Sequence record: PQ310662.1
DNA length: 64,000 nucleotides
Source: Escherichia phage Mimir124
Reading direction: 5' to 3' (one strand)
Shown: positions 9,245 to 19,075 of the stretch, one piece after another
How the letters are laid out: each line of letters begins with the position of its first letter
Position numbering within the stretch: the first letter of the stretch is position 1
Translations under genes and position numbers: made by a program
Notes under the pieces: generated by a model
What the model saw: only the letters and a program-made list of their open reading frames with translations
The model's database searches: none
Told to the model about the DNA's origin: nothing

Positions 9245-9426
9245 AACTTACTCAGTCCCAAGCAATTTTCCTTCGCATGGTTCAAGGTGGTTCTGCCACC
9301 AGCAACCGTAATAACAAAACGGCACAGTCTCTTAAGAAGCTGGGCTTAGTACAGTTCAATGCTGGTCTTGGGTGGTCATTAACCCCTACCGGAGTACTTC
9401 AACTTAACGAATTAAAAGGTAACTAA
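9241..9426 (+). CDS. hypothetical small protein (61 aa)
   Basis: Coupled ORF (4-bp overlap). Confidence 0.35.
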   Translation: MKLTQSQAIFLRMVQGGSATSNRNNKTAQSLKKLGLVQFNAGLGWSLTPTGVLQLNELKGN

Positions 9427-9753
9427 ATGAAAACTTTAATTGCTGTTGTTCTAGTAGCTTTATCAGTTCTTTCATTCGGTGCTCAAGCATCTAGCCGTGC
9501 AACCTTATTGGAAGCTGCTGCTGATTACAAAGCCAATAATGCAAACTTTGTGAATCAGGGTTACTTCATGGGTATGGTTACTATGGGTGTGGAAGCAGGA
9601 AAAAATTGTGTACCTGACGATATGAAATTAGGGCACATTTTTGACAGAGTGGCATCTATTATTCTGTATGACCGAAAGGTTAATGCAGTAAAAGTACCAT
9701 CAGACATGATTTTGTTGGCGATTGATACAGCGTATCCCTGCGTTAAATCTTAA
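9427..9753 (+). CDS. secreted/periplasmic small protein with signal peptide
   Basis: MKTLIAVVLVALSVLSFGAQA-SS: positive n-region, hydrophobic core, AxA cleavage motif. Confidence 0.45.
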   Translation: MKTLIAVVLVALSVLSFGAQASSRATLLEAAADYKANNANFVNQGYFMGMVTMGVEAGKNCVPDDMKLGHIFDRVASIILYDRKVNAVKVPSDMILLAIDTAYPCVKS

Positions 9754-9787
9754 TTAGTAATTCCATTAACTTTAGGAGAGTAAGTAA

Positions 9788-10840
9788 ATGGCGAGCATTG
9801 ACTCCTTGACTGTATGTAATACACGCCAAGCCCGTAACTTTATTATCCGTGCCTTGCAAGCAGGTAACGTGCCGTTCCTGACTTCATCACCAGGCATGGG
9901 TAAGTCTGCAATTATCCGTTCTGTTGCAGATGAATTTGGTATGAAGCTGATTGACCATCGTCTGTCTACTTCTGCCCCAGAAGACTTATCTGGTCTGCCA
10001 TTCCGTAATGGTGACCGCGCAGAGTTTATCCCTTTTGCTGACTTATTCCCTATTGAGGGGGATGAAGTACCTGAAGGTTATAATGGCTGGCTCCTGTTCC
10101 TTGATGAGTTCAACTCAGCTAAGAAAGAAGTAGTAGCTGCTGCATACAAACTGATTCTCGACCGTATGACTGGTCAGAAGAAACTTCACCCTAATGTAAT
10201 GATTGTCTGTGCCGGTAACAAAGCTACTGACCGAGCCATCGTTAACCCACTGGGTACTGCAATGCAGTCCCGTGTTGTCCACTTCGAAATGGAACTTAAC
10301 TTCGACATCTTTGTTGAAGACGTAATGATTCCGCAAGAATGGGATGAGCGTCTGGTTGCATTCTTACATGCTAACCCTGGCTATCTGCACGACTTCGACC
10401 CTGCCCATAAGAACAAAACATTCTGTTGCCCTCGTACCTGGGACTTTGTTAACAAAGACCTTAAGAACCGACCAGAAGGCGCTCTTCCTGATGAAGATTC
10501 TATCTACTATGCAGGTCACGTTACTGCCGGTAAAGCTACAGAGTTTGTTCAGTTCACTCAGGTATACAATCGTATGATTACGATTGAGAAGGTAGTCAAA
10601 GACCCTTTGGGATGTACACTGCCTGAAGATAATAACCTGTGCTGGGCTACCGTTAACCATCTGGCTAACAAGACCACTGAAGATAACTTCGCTGATGTTC
10701 TTCAGTATATTGAACGCTTTAAAACGTTCACTCATAAGATTCTGTACTTCCGTACAGTAGGCAAAGCATTACCAGAAATTCAGGCTACCCCTGAATGGCG
10801 TAAGGCTGCTGCCAATATCTCTCGTTACATTCACGGATAA
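9788..10840 (+). CDS. MoxR-like AAA+ ATPase
   Basis: Walker A SPGMGKSAI, Walker B LLFLDEFN; 350 aa; VWA partner downstream. Confidence 0.7.
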   Translation: MASIDSLTVCNTRQARNFIIRALQAGNVPFLTSSPGMGKSAIIRSVADEFGMKLIDHRLSTSAPEDLSGLPFRNGDRAEFIPFADLFPIEGDEVPEGYNGWLLFLDEFNSAKKEVVAAAYKLILDRMTGQKKLHPNVMIVCAGNKATDRAIVNPLGTAMQSRVVHFEMELNFDIFVEDVMIPQEWDERLVAFLHANPGYLHDFDPAHKNKTFCCPRTWDFVNKDLKNRPEGALPDEDSIYYAGHVTAGKATEFVQFTQVYNRMITIEKVVKDPLGCTLPEDNNLCWATVNHLANKTTEDNFADVLQYIERFKTFTHKILYFRTVGKALPEIQATPEWRKAAANISRYIHG

Positions 10841-10847
10841 TCACATC

Positions 10848-11324
10848 ATGAACTGGAATGACTTGTTCACATACAGCAATGGTGCTCTTTACTGGAAAGT
10901 ATCTAGAGGCCGTGCACTAGCTGGGGCTGTTGCCGGGAGTGTGGACAATAGTGGATACGTTAGAGTCAAATGCTTCAAAAAGATGTACTTGGTTCACCGT
11001 ATAATCTATGAAATGGAAATCGGCCCAATCCCTGATGGCTACCAGGTAGACCATATTGACCATAACAGGTTAAATAACTACCCAAGTAACTTCCGTTTAG
11101 TCACCAATTTAGATAACTGCCGTAACCAAAAGAAAAGGATAACCAATTCTTCTGGTATTACAGGAGTCTATTGGCACTCCAGAGATGAAATATGGGCTGC
11201 TTCCATAAATGATAATGGTAAGCAAATTTATTTAGGAAAATTCCCTAGTAAAGAAGAAGCTGCTAAAGCCAGGAAAGAGGCTGAAAAGCTTATTGGTTAC
11301 CATAAAAATCATGGAGCACCTTAA
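10848..11324 (+). CDS. HNH homing endonuclease with AP2-like domain
   Basis: VDHIDHNRLNNYPSNFRLVTNLDN plus SGITGVYWH...AAKARKEAEKLIGY; paralog of 21725 ORF; inserted between ATPase and VWA genes. Confidence 0.7.
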   Translation: MNWNDLFTYSNGALYWKVSRGRALAGAVAGSVDNSGYVRVKCFKKMYLVHRIIYEMEIGPIPDGYQVDHIDHNRLNNYPSNFRLVTNLDNCRNQKKRITNSSGITGVYWHSRDEIWAASINDNGKQIYLGKFPSKEEAAKARKEAEKLIGYHKNHGAP

Positions 11325-12499
11325 TGAATAACATACCTACACATACCCTTACTGATGAACAGTTAATGAGGGAGTACGACAGGATCCAAGCCAACGCATT
11401 TCTTGGACGCAGCGCAGCGTTTTTTGGTTCATTGCTGTGTAGTCTTAAGTTCTCATGGAAACGTGAGGACTGTCCTACTGCATGTACCGATGGGATAGAA
11501 CTCCATTTCAACCCAGACTTCTTTATCTGGATGTGTCCCGATGCAAGAGAAACAGTGCTAATGCACGAACTCTGGCATGTGGCATATCTGCACGGCATCC
11601 GTTGTGGAAGCCGTGACCCGGAAGTCTGGAACCAGGCATGTGACCACTTCATCAACCTTCAGTTAGAAGAAGATGGTTACAAGTTCACTGGTATCGACAA
11701 AGGCATTTGCAAAGACCCTCAATATAAAGGATGGGTCGAAGAAGACATCTACGATGACCTGATGAAGAACCCTCAGAAAAGGCAGAAGCCGTCAGGGGGT
11801 GCTGGAGCAGGTCTTGCTGGCGACATGAAAGCTCCCTCTTCGGGGCAGTCCCAGGGTGCTGTTGTCAACAACGTAGTACGTGCAATGCAAAGCCAGAAGA
11901 TGGCTGGTGGAATGATGCCCGGTAAAGGTGCTGGTCGTATGGAAGAGGTAATTACCCAATTCCTTAAACCAGTGGTTCCTTGGCAGGAAGTCCTGCTGAA
12001 CTTCTTTACCGACATTGATGACACACACTATACGTGGGCCAGACCTAATCGTCGTTTCACTGACATCTATCTACCTTCTCTGGAAGATGATGAAGGACGC
12101 TTACGACACTTAGCTTACTTTGAGGATGTATCTGGTTCTATTAGTAGTGCTGACTCTCTGCGTTTTAACTCAGAGGTTGCCTACGTTAAGAGCCAGTTCA
12201 ATCCTAAGAAGATGACCCTTATTACCTTCGACGATATTATCCAAGAAGAAATAGACATCACTGAAGAAGATACTTTTGAAGAGATTAAGATTACCGGTCG
12301 TGGTGGTACAAACCTTGAACCAGTGCGTGAATGGATTATTAAGAATAAGCCAACCGCTGCAATCATATTCTCTGATATGTATGTTAAACCAATGGAAGAA
12401 TTACCATTTGATATCCCTATCATCTGGTGTGTTCTGAATAATCCCAATGCTACCGTACCTTTTGGGGAGGTAGTTCATATCCATAAAGGAATGAAATAA
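11324..12499 (+). CDS. VWA-like protein with HExxH motif (partner of AAA+ ATPase)
   Basis: MHELWHVAYLH motif in N-terminal part; C-terminal region with VWA-like alternation; pairing with MoxR-type ATPase. Confidence 0.45.
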   Translation: MNNIPTHTLTDEQLMREYDRIQANAFLGRSAAFFGSLLCSLKFSWKREDCPTACTDGIELHFNPDFFIWMCPDARETVLMHELWHVAYLHGIRCGSRDPEVWNQACDHFINLQLEEDGYKFTGIDKGICKDPQYKGWVEEDIYDDLMKNPQKRQKPSGGAGAGLAGDMKAPSSGQSQGAVVNNVVRAMQSQKMAGGMMPGKGAGRMEEVITQFLKPVVPWQEVLLNFFTDIDDTHYTWARPNRRFTDIYLPSLEDDEGRLRHLAYFEDVSGSISSADSLRFNSEVAYVKSQFNPKKMTLITFDDIIQEEIDITEEDTFEEIKITGRGGTNLEPVREWIIKNKPTAAIIFSDMYVKPMEELPFDIPIIWCVLNNPNATVPFGEVVHIHKGMK

Positions 12500-13005
12500 T
12501 GGTTGTTAACGGTAATTCTCTATATCGTTCGTCTCAATTGCTGGATGTACCAGACCGTAAGGTATCCGAGCATGGTGTAAGTTATGGGCTAGGTGAAGCC
12601 GGTTATGATATTCGTATCAAACAAGACATCACCTTCTATCGCTTATTTGGGTTGATTCCAATGGTGAAAATCGTTGATGGAAAACAAGTATCACGCCATC
12701 TCGGTAAATTCGCATTGGCTTCAGCAATTGAGAAGTTCAATATGTCCCCATCCTGTGTAGCTATCGTTCATGATAAATCCACATGGGCAAGACGTGCATT
12801 ATCAGTATTTAATACCGTAATAGAACCAGGGTGGAAAGGTTGGCTTACTTTAGAGCTTGTCTACCATGGTCGTAAGAAATTGCATATCCCGGCTGGTTCT
12901 GGGATAGCTCAAGTATTATTTCATCTGGTTCAAGAACCTGCTAATTACAATGGCAAGTATATGAACCAGGAAAACAAACCAGTAGCTGCTAGACCTTCAA
13001 AATAA
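12499..13005 (+). CDS. dCTP deaminase/dUTPase-fold protein
   Basis: GYDIRI and VIEPGWKGWLTLELV resemble dCTP deaminase motifs (GYDLR; IDPGfrG.l.lEl). Confidence 0.55.
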   Translation: MVVNGNSLYRSSQLLDVPDRKVSEHGVSYGLGEAGYDIRIKQDITFYRLFGLIPMVKIVDGKQVSRHLGKFALASAIEKFNMSPSCVAIVHDKSTWARRALSVFNTVIEPGWKGWLTLELVYHGRKKLHIPAGSGIAQVLFHLVQEPANYNGKYMNQENKPVAARPSK

Positions 13006-13035
13006 AAGGCTATCCGGCTTAGTCAAGGAAACAAT

Positions 13036-13236
13036 ATGTCAGTATTTCAAGTAACTCCTGTTGGCAGTACTATGCGTAAAACTATTGTTGCAACTAACGT
13101 AGTAGACGTAGATGAAACTCCGGCAGGTGCTGTAATTCGTCTGATTGATGGACGTTCAGTATATGTAGAAGAAAGTTATCGTTCAGTACGTGGTTATATT
13201 CGCAAAGCCATGACTACCGCTTCTGACGCAGAGTAA
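13036..13236 (+). CDS. hypothetical protein (66 aa)
   Basis: ORF with GGAAAC upstream. Confidence 0.4.
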   Translation: MSVFQVTPVGSTMRKTIVATNVVDVDETPAGAVIRLIDGRSVYVEESYRSVRGYIRKAMTTASDAE

Positions 13237-13273
13237 GTAGCTGCCTAAATAGCCCAGCATAATTGGGCTATTT

Positions 13274-13570
13274 GTGAAGAAACTAACTCAACCCTACATA
13301 GGAACCATCATGGAATCTTTAGCAGCAATCCTCGTTCTGTTATTCGCACTAGCTGTATACCTTATCCCTACTATTATTGCTTTTACACGAGGCCATGCCT
13401 CTAAGTGGGGTATTGGTGTACTCAATATCGTATTAGGCTGGTCTTTAGTCTTCTGGGTAGTAGCACTGATTTGGTCACTGTCTAATAAAGGACAGTCTCA
13501 GACTACAATCGTTAACGTTGGTAGTGGTAATCAGTACAACGTGTCTCAAACGAGCCAGTCTGATAAGTAA
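13274..13570 (+). CDS. superinfection-immunity-like small membrane protein
   Basis: IPTIIAFTRGH...LNIVLGWSLVFWVVALIWSL resembles the Imm-type two-TM signature; true start may be the internal M (MESLAA). Confidence 0.4.
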   Translation: MKKLTQPYIGTIMESLAAILVLLFALAVYLIPTIIAFTRGHASKWGIGVLNIVLGWSLVFWVVALIWSLSNKGQSQTTIVNVGSGNQYNVSQTSQSDK

Positions 13571-13645
13571 CTAACCTAAGCATCATTACATAGTGGTGCT
13601 TGCGGAAGTTACTTCCAGCTCATTGCTTATCCATCTCCTAATCCA

Positions 13646-13672
13646 AGCCCACCTAACCCGTGGGCTTTTTTA
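13646..13672 (+). terminator. rho-independent terminator
   Basis: agcccac-ctaaccc-gtgggct followed by tttttaatt. Confidence 0.6.
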
Positions 13673-13687
13673 ATTACAGGTACTCGT

Positions 13688-14077
13688 ATGTCAAACAGAC
13701 GAAATGGTAAGTCTATCTTGCAAGGGATGGACTTCGGTAAGCTGGAACAAACTGCAATGCTTACTTTAGGTAAAACTATGCACGACCTGGTGGAAAAGAA
13801 TGGAATTAACTCTGATGTTTATGCAGCAATGCAGGTTCTTATTCAGAAAGGATGGACTACTAGTAGACCTTTTAGCACCACTTCATACATTCCCCCAGAA
13901 CCTCATCTGAAATCTAAGGTAGACCGAATCATAGATAAGTTCTGGGCATATCCAGGAGAAGGTCACATGTACCTATACTTGGAGCAGTTACGAAAGAATC
14001 CCATTACTCGTGACTTGTTCAAGGGTAAAAGTACTACCCATCACTACCCCTGGTATAGAAGAGGTAGTAAATACTAA
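13688..14077 (+). CDS. hypothetical protein (129 aa)
   Basis: ORF; stop overlaps next start. Confidence 0.4.
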   Translation: MSNRRNGKSILQGMDFGKLEQTAMLTLGKTMHDLVEKNGINSDVYAAMQVLIQKGWTTSRPFSTTSYIPPEPHLKSKVDRIIDKFWAYPGEGHMYLYLEQLRKNPITRDLFKGKSTTHHYPWYRRGSKY

Positions 14078-14520
14078 TGCGTATCCCATTCCTAAGAAAA
14101 AGGGAACGAAATCCTGTTCTTTATAATAAAGGTATAGAGGATGAGTATGAACTCAACCGTAAAGCCCGTTCCTACACAACAAAATTATTTATGGGGACTA
14201 ACAACCCTGATAGATTACTGGACTTTGTTTTTGAACAAGTCTTTATCATATACAGCTTAGCTATGTCTGCTGGTTCACAAGAAGTAAGTGATAAGGCAAG
14301 GGATGCTCTCTGTATGCTCCGTAAAGAGTATGAAGCCCTCCTGTATGAAGACTTGTACTCCTTTAAAAAAGAAACCGCTGTAGCGTGTTCTGTGGCTCTT
14401 ACTGAAGGTATATCAGTATTACAGGAACTACCTCGTAGTGAGTTTAAGCTGGTATATGTTCAGGCCAGGAAGATTACAGAAAACCGTAGTGGTATTACTA
14501 ACTATCTAAGGTCATTCTAA
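14077..14520 (+). CDS. hypothetical protein (147 aa)
   Basis: ORF coupled to neighbours. Confidence 0.4.
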   Translation: MRIPFLRKRERNPVLYNKGIEDEYELNRKARSYTTKLFMGTNNPDRLLDFVFEQVFIIYSLAMSAGSQEVSDKARDALCMLRKEYEALLYEDLYSFKKETAVACSVALTEGISVLQELPRSEFKLVYVQARKITENRSGITNYLRSF

Positions 14521-15464
14521 TGATTAAGGCAACTGTCATTGCAGATTCCGTTCATCATGCAACGGGTACTCGTATTACTACCTTTGAATTGGTCTATCCC
14601 CGATTCATTCACAGTGAGTTTATGACTCACCGTGTGTTCAACCGCAATGCTTCAAGCAGTCGTGCTATCCCCACATCTAAGTTCATCGAACAGGTTCGTA
14701 AGGAACCAGTGATGCCAAGTCACTGGGGCAAGAACCAGAAAGGTATGCAAGCAGATGAAGAACTCACTCCTATGGAGATTGAGGATGCTAAGTTTATCTG
14801 GGATAACGCTGCATCTGCTGCTGCTGTATATGCTGAACAACTCCGTCGTGGACAAGTACATAAGCAGATTGTTAACCGTATTCTGGAACCATTCACGCAT
14901 ATCCGTGTAGTAGTAACTTCAACTAGCTGGGCTAATTTCTATGGCTTGCGTGACCATGAAGACGCTCAACCAGAGATTCGTGAACTGGCCCAAGCAATGC
15001 GTAAGGCTCATAATGAAAGTGTTCCATCAAAACTCATGCAAGGACATTGGCATATGCCATATATCACTGCTAATGATCGTTTTGCTGCTTACGATTTCTG
15101 CAAACATCAACGAATTACTCGTGATGAACCAAGTGGTGCAGAAGTGTATGGACTACTTCTCAAAGTAAGTGCTGCACGTTGTGCCCGTGCTTCTTATAAC
15201 AACTTCGAGGGGCGACCTTCTACTATTGAAGAAGACCTTGGCTTGTTCGCTAAGTTAGTGGAAGACCAGCCTATTCATGCTTCACCAACGGAGCATCAGG
15301 CTACGCCTATGAACCTTGGTGAGAAGTATGTGAATAACATGAACCCAGTTACCTGGGAACAAGGTGTTACATCTATGGATAAAGAAGGAAATCTGTACTC
15401 AGGTAACCTGCTTCACTTTATCCAATTCCGTAAGTTAATTCCTGGTGAGACTATTACTGAATGA
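14520..15464 (+). CDS. flavin-dependent thymidylate synthase (ThyX)-like
   Basis: THRVFNRNASSSRAI fits the ThyX RHR-x7-S-x-R motif with T for the first R; 314 aa. Confidence 0.5.
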   Translation: MIKATVIADSVHHATGTRITTFELVYPRFIHSEFMTHRVFNRNASSSRAIPTSKFIEQVRKEPVMPSHWGKNQKGMQADEELTPMEIEDAKFIWDNAASAAAVYAEQLRRGQVHKQIVNRILEPFTHIRVVVTSTSWANFYGLRDHEDAQPEIRELAQAMRKAHNESVPSKLMQGHWHMPYITANDRFAAYDFCKHQRITRDEPSGAEVYGLLLKVSAARCARASYNNFEGRPSTIEEDLGLFAKLVEDQPIHASPTEHQATPMNLGEKYVNNMNPVTWEQGVTSMDKEGNLYSGNLLHFIQFRKLIPGETITE

Positions 15465-15700
15465 AAAAACTAGCCCTGTATGCAATGCTACTTAGTACCT
15501 TACTCACACTGACCTACGCATACAAAGTCGCCTTTGTCGTAGAAACAGATATGCAGTTCATTCGAGCTAGTATTCTGTTATTTGTAAGTGAGATTGGTTT
15601 GTGGTGTGTTTACTACTTTGCTCGTGACTATGAAGCTATTAAAGAGCATGATGAAGCAAAAGAACGTATGAGACGTTTCGTTGAAGAAAATCGTAAGTAA
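15461..15700 (+). CDS. small membrane protein (79 aa)
   Basis: Two hydrophobic segments; followed by terminator. Confidence 0.4.
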   Translation: MKKLALYAMLLSTLLTLTYAYKVAFVVETDMQFIRASILLFVSEIGLWCVYYFARDYEAIKEHDEAKERMRRFVEENRK

Positions 15701-15705
15701 ACCTA

Positions 15706-15732
15706 AGACCTCCCCCGGGAGGTCTTTTTTTG
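15706..15732 (+). terminator. rho-independent terminator
   Basis: agacctccc-cccg-gggaggtct followed by ttttttt. Confidence 0.7.
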
Positions 15733-15760
15733 GTTTCAATTAACTCTTTTAGGAGGGCAT

Positions 15761-15973
15761 ATGCCTGCTAAATACCGTATCAAAGACACACCACTAATGT
15801 GTGAGGGTGAGAAAGGTGACATTGTATATGCCTGTATCCAAGACGATTTCAATGCTGCTCTGATGTTAACCCAAATGACAAATACACTGCATGTATCAGT
15901 AACACTGGATCCTACCGGTGACTATCCATGCTTCCCTATCCCTGCCCACAACCTGGAGCAAATCCATGATTAA
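15761..15973 (+). CDS. hypothetical protein (70 aa)
   Basis: ORF with AGGAGG upstream. Confidence 0.4.
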   Translation: MPAKYRIKDTPLMCEGEKGDIVYACIQDDFNAALMLTQMTNTLHVSVTLDPTGDYPCFPIPAHNLEQIHD

Positions 15974-16292
15974 TCCTGAAGTTATTCATAGTAAAACTGG
16001 TAAAGCTGTTCCACTCAGTGATATTGCAGTTACCGGTGATATTGCTGCTTGCCCAGCTAACATCGCCTCCCTATGTATGTGCATTGCTGCACTGGCAGAG
16101 GAACGTAAATTATGGCTGGAACCAAGCAAGGAGATGATTCAGGCTGGTTTAGCTGAAGTGCAGAATGTGCTTGATAACTGGGAAGATAACGGTCCGTTAC
16201 CTTATGGTACGGTTAATGACATTACTGATGACATGGCATCAGATATGGCTGTATTCATCCTTCAAGCAATGGCAGGTAAACGTAATGGCTAA
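15966..16292 (+). CDS. hypothetical protein (108 aa)
   Basis: Start moved to ATG 15966 overlapping previous stop (atgattaa); track ORF starts at 15918. Confidence 0.4.
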   Translation: MINPEVIHSKTGKAVPLSDIAVTGDIAACPANIASLCMCIAALAEERKLWLEPSKEMIQAGLAEVQNVLDNWEDNGPLPYGTVNDITDDMASDMAVFILQAMAGKRNG

Positions 16293-16503
16293 TGTAAATA
16301 TCGCCTCAGAGAAAACGTATAGCATTCAGATCAATGGCTTAACAGAATAACAAGTCTTATTCCTAATGAATGCTTTTCAAAACAGTCCATTGGGTCACCA
16401 CCCCAATGATGAACCGCTGGAAGAAGCTGAACTACGTAAAGCTATTTTTGATAAGTGTAAACAAGTACTACTTTAAGCAACATTTAAACTGGAGAATAAA
16501 TAA

Positions 16504-19071
16504 ATGTTAGTTGCAGATACCAATCAATCAGCCACTTCAGCGACACTGGGTGGCAAAGAAACAATTGCCTTTGGCATCTCTGATGACCCGGCATTCTTCC
16601 ATGTATTAAGTACTTCCCTGTATAACAATCCTACTCTGGCAGTAGTCCGTGAGACTATCTGTAACAGTTGGGATGCTCATATTGAAGCAGGTAAGACTGA
16701 TACTCCTATTCGTATCACTATTGATACAGACAACTTTATTACCTTCCGAGACTTCGGTAGCGGTATTCCAGATGAACTCATTGGTTCCATTTATGGTGTC
16801 TATGGTGCATCTACTAAGAAGTCCAACAGTAGTGTTACTGGTGGCTTCGGTCTGGGATGTAAATCCCCATTCGCTTATACAGATAGCTTCCAGGTTACTT
16901 CATGGAACCAAGGAAAGATGTCTGTATATAACGTAGCTAAGGCTGCGATTGAGAATGATGGTAAACCGGGTATTGTTCCTATTGTTACCAATATTCCTAC
17001 TGAGGAATCTGGTCTGGAAGTTAAATTCCAGTTAGGCAAGCATGATGTAAATACCTTCGTGCATTACATCACATCAATTGTGTTTAACGGTGAGATTAAA
17101 GCTGAGCTTAGTATTCCTAAACTCGTTAAAACAGAAGAGGGTAACAGTATTCAGCAGGGTGATTACACTCTACTGAATACACTGGGTATGTCATTTGAAC
17201 CTGGTTCGTATGATATGTCTGATAGATGGTATCAAGGCTATATGGGTAGTAGTAACATATACGTTCGCTACGGTAACGTAATGTACCCAATAGTATCTAG
17301 CCCGGCTAGTGAAGAGGCTGTAGGGCTTATCCTCAACTTCATGAATATTATTGGTGCTTTTAATTTAGTAGTTCAGGCTGCACCAGACACCTTAGCTATT
17401 GCTCCTAGTCGAGAAACACTGTCTAACCAGAAGTTAACTGATGATGGTATTACTACTCTATGCGTAGATTTAGTAGACCGTATGGAGAAAGAGATTAAGG
17501 CTAAGATTCCTGAAGCTATTAAACAGATTGAGGAATATGCCTCTGAATCCTCTACCCGTTTCTGGGAATATCCATCATTCCTACTTGCCGTTACAGACAA
17601 AACTGTTCAACGCTATATGTCCTCTAGTTTGTGGGCTAAGCAACGTAAGCATCATATCAAGCACTGGCGTAACTTATCCAATAAGGCATTATTAGCTCGT
17701 CCTGAATATGCAGGTCTTAAGAAACTGTATGGTAAGGCTATGCGTGCTCTTAAGGATACTCGTGAAGAAAGTACATACTCCCCATTCCATGAATTAGTAT
17801 ATCGTCATCTGCACTTACCCCAGCTTGCTGCTTTAAAAGCTATAGGTATTAAGTGGTCTGGCTACATAGTGAACCAGGGTAACAGTGTTGACTTGGAGAA
17901 AGGTAAACTCGCTGACTACTTTAGAATATTCCATAACTCCCACCAGAGTATTGGCATATTCACTACCAAGAACGTTGTAGTTACTCGACGTTTGTCTGAT
18001 TGTGCTGACTCTTTCTCATACTTCCCTGAATACAACAGAGGTGACTTGGAGCGTACAGCTTTTGTTCACGTCGTTGGACCTAAGAAGGGTGCGGCAGAGG
18101 AAGCTGTAGCTAAGTTCACTGCTATGGGTTATCGGGTAATTGACCTTACTCAATACAATGAGTGGGACAAACCAACTAACTTCCGTAGGGAACAGGCTAA
18201 GATAGCTGCTGAGAAACGAGCTAAGACAATAGCTACCAATAAAACCAAAGCAGGAGGTAAAACTAATGCTCTGATTTCATTGAATGCAGTTAATGGTACT
18301 ACTATTGTACGGGATAAAAATGGTGATTGGTTATCTAAGCCTTATATTCAGAATGAGTTTGCTGACCCAAGCCGCCATGATAAATCTGGTTTCGTTGAAG
18401 TAGAGAAGCCAAAGTACTATGTACTGGCTAATCAGGTTGGTTCAGGTAGCCCAGTAACTGCCAGTATTGGAACCATGTGGAAATGGTATGAGTTATCTGA
18501 TGAGATGAAAGCAGAGACTGTTGTCTGTCGTAATCAAATCGAAGCTAACAAGGCTAAACGACGAGGTGCTATCCACATTGATGATGTTCGCTTTAGTGAA
18601 TTGATGTCAGTTATTACCAGTAAAGGCTTCAAGAAATATGTTACTGAACACCGCATCGGTATTCTGGAATACGTAGGGCTGGATGACAGAGAGTATTGGG
18701 AAATCCTCGACATACTGGGTCTAACATTCAAACCATTACAGAATCTGATTTTTAAACCAGAATATGAATGGGCATATGACTTTCTACGGAATCGCCCACT
18801 CAACAACAAAGAAAAACTTGTTGAAATGGGTTGTATTAAGTCAGTGAATGATTTAAAGCCATATGCAAGGATGGTTAACCCACGTAACCATAAGTACTAT
18901 GAGATACTTAGTAGTTACAAAGAGTTATTCAGCTATAGCTGGAATAAAAATGACATCCTACAGACGCTGGACTTAGGTAGTTTGGTCAAACACCTTAAGA
19001 AGAATCCAGAGGATATTCCTGGGTTTAAGTCCCTCTACCGTAATCGTCTAAATAAACTGAAAGGTAACTAA
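16504..19071 (+). CDS. rIIA-like protein with N-terminal GHKL/histidine-kinase-like ATPase domain
   Basis: ETICNSWDAH...ITFRDFGSGIP...GGFGLGCKSPF match GHKL N, G1 and G2 boxes; 855 aa. Confidence 0.55.
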   Translation: MLVADTNQSATSATLGGKETIAFGISDDPAFFHVLSTSLYNNPTLAVVRETICNSWDAHIEAGKTDTPIRITIDTDNFITFRDFGSGIPDELIGSIYGVYGASTKKSNSSVTGGFGLGCKSPFAYTDSFQVTSWNQGKMSVYNVAKAAIENDGKPGIVPIVTNIPTEESGLEVKFQLGKHDVNTFVHYITSIVFNGEIKAELSIPKLVKTEEGNSIQQGDYTLLNTLGMSFEPGSYDMSDRWYQGYMGSSNIYVRYGNVMYPIVSSPASEEAVGLILNFMNIIGAFNLVVQAAPDTLAIAPSRETLSNQKLTDDGITTLCVDLVDRMEKEIKAKIPEAIKQIEEYASESSTRFWEYPSFLLAVTDKTVQRYMSSSLWAKQRKHHIKHWRNLSNKALLARPEYAGLKKLYGKAMRALKDTREESTYSPFHELVYRHLHLPQLAALKAIGIKWSGYIVNQGNSVDLEKGKLADYFRIFHNSHQSIGIFTTKNVVVTRRLSDCADSFSYFPEYNRGDLERTAFVHVVGPKKGAAEEAVAKFTAMGYRVIDLTQYNEWDKPTNFRREQAKIAAEKRAKTIATNKTKAGGKTNALISLNAVNGTTIVRDKNGDWLSKPYIQNEFADPSRHDKSGFVEVEKPKYYVLANQVGSGSPVTASIGTMWKWYELSDEMKAETVVCRNQIEANKAKRRGAIHIDDVRFSELMSVITSKGFKKYVTEHRIGILEYVGLDDREYWEILDILGLTFKPLQNLIFKPEYEWAYDFLRNRPLNNKEKLVEMGCIKSVNDLKPYARMVNPRNHKYYEILSSYKELFSYSWNKNDILQTLDLGSLVKHLKKNPEDIPGFKSLYRNRLNKLKGN

Positions 19072-19075
19072 TCTG

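Noticed and set aside
11324-12499. Calling the VWA partner a zinc metalloprotease
   Set aside because: HExxH occurs once and could be fortuitous; without a third ligand motif or profile support only a metal-binding possibility is noted.
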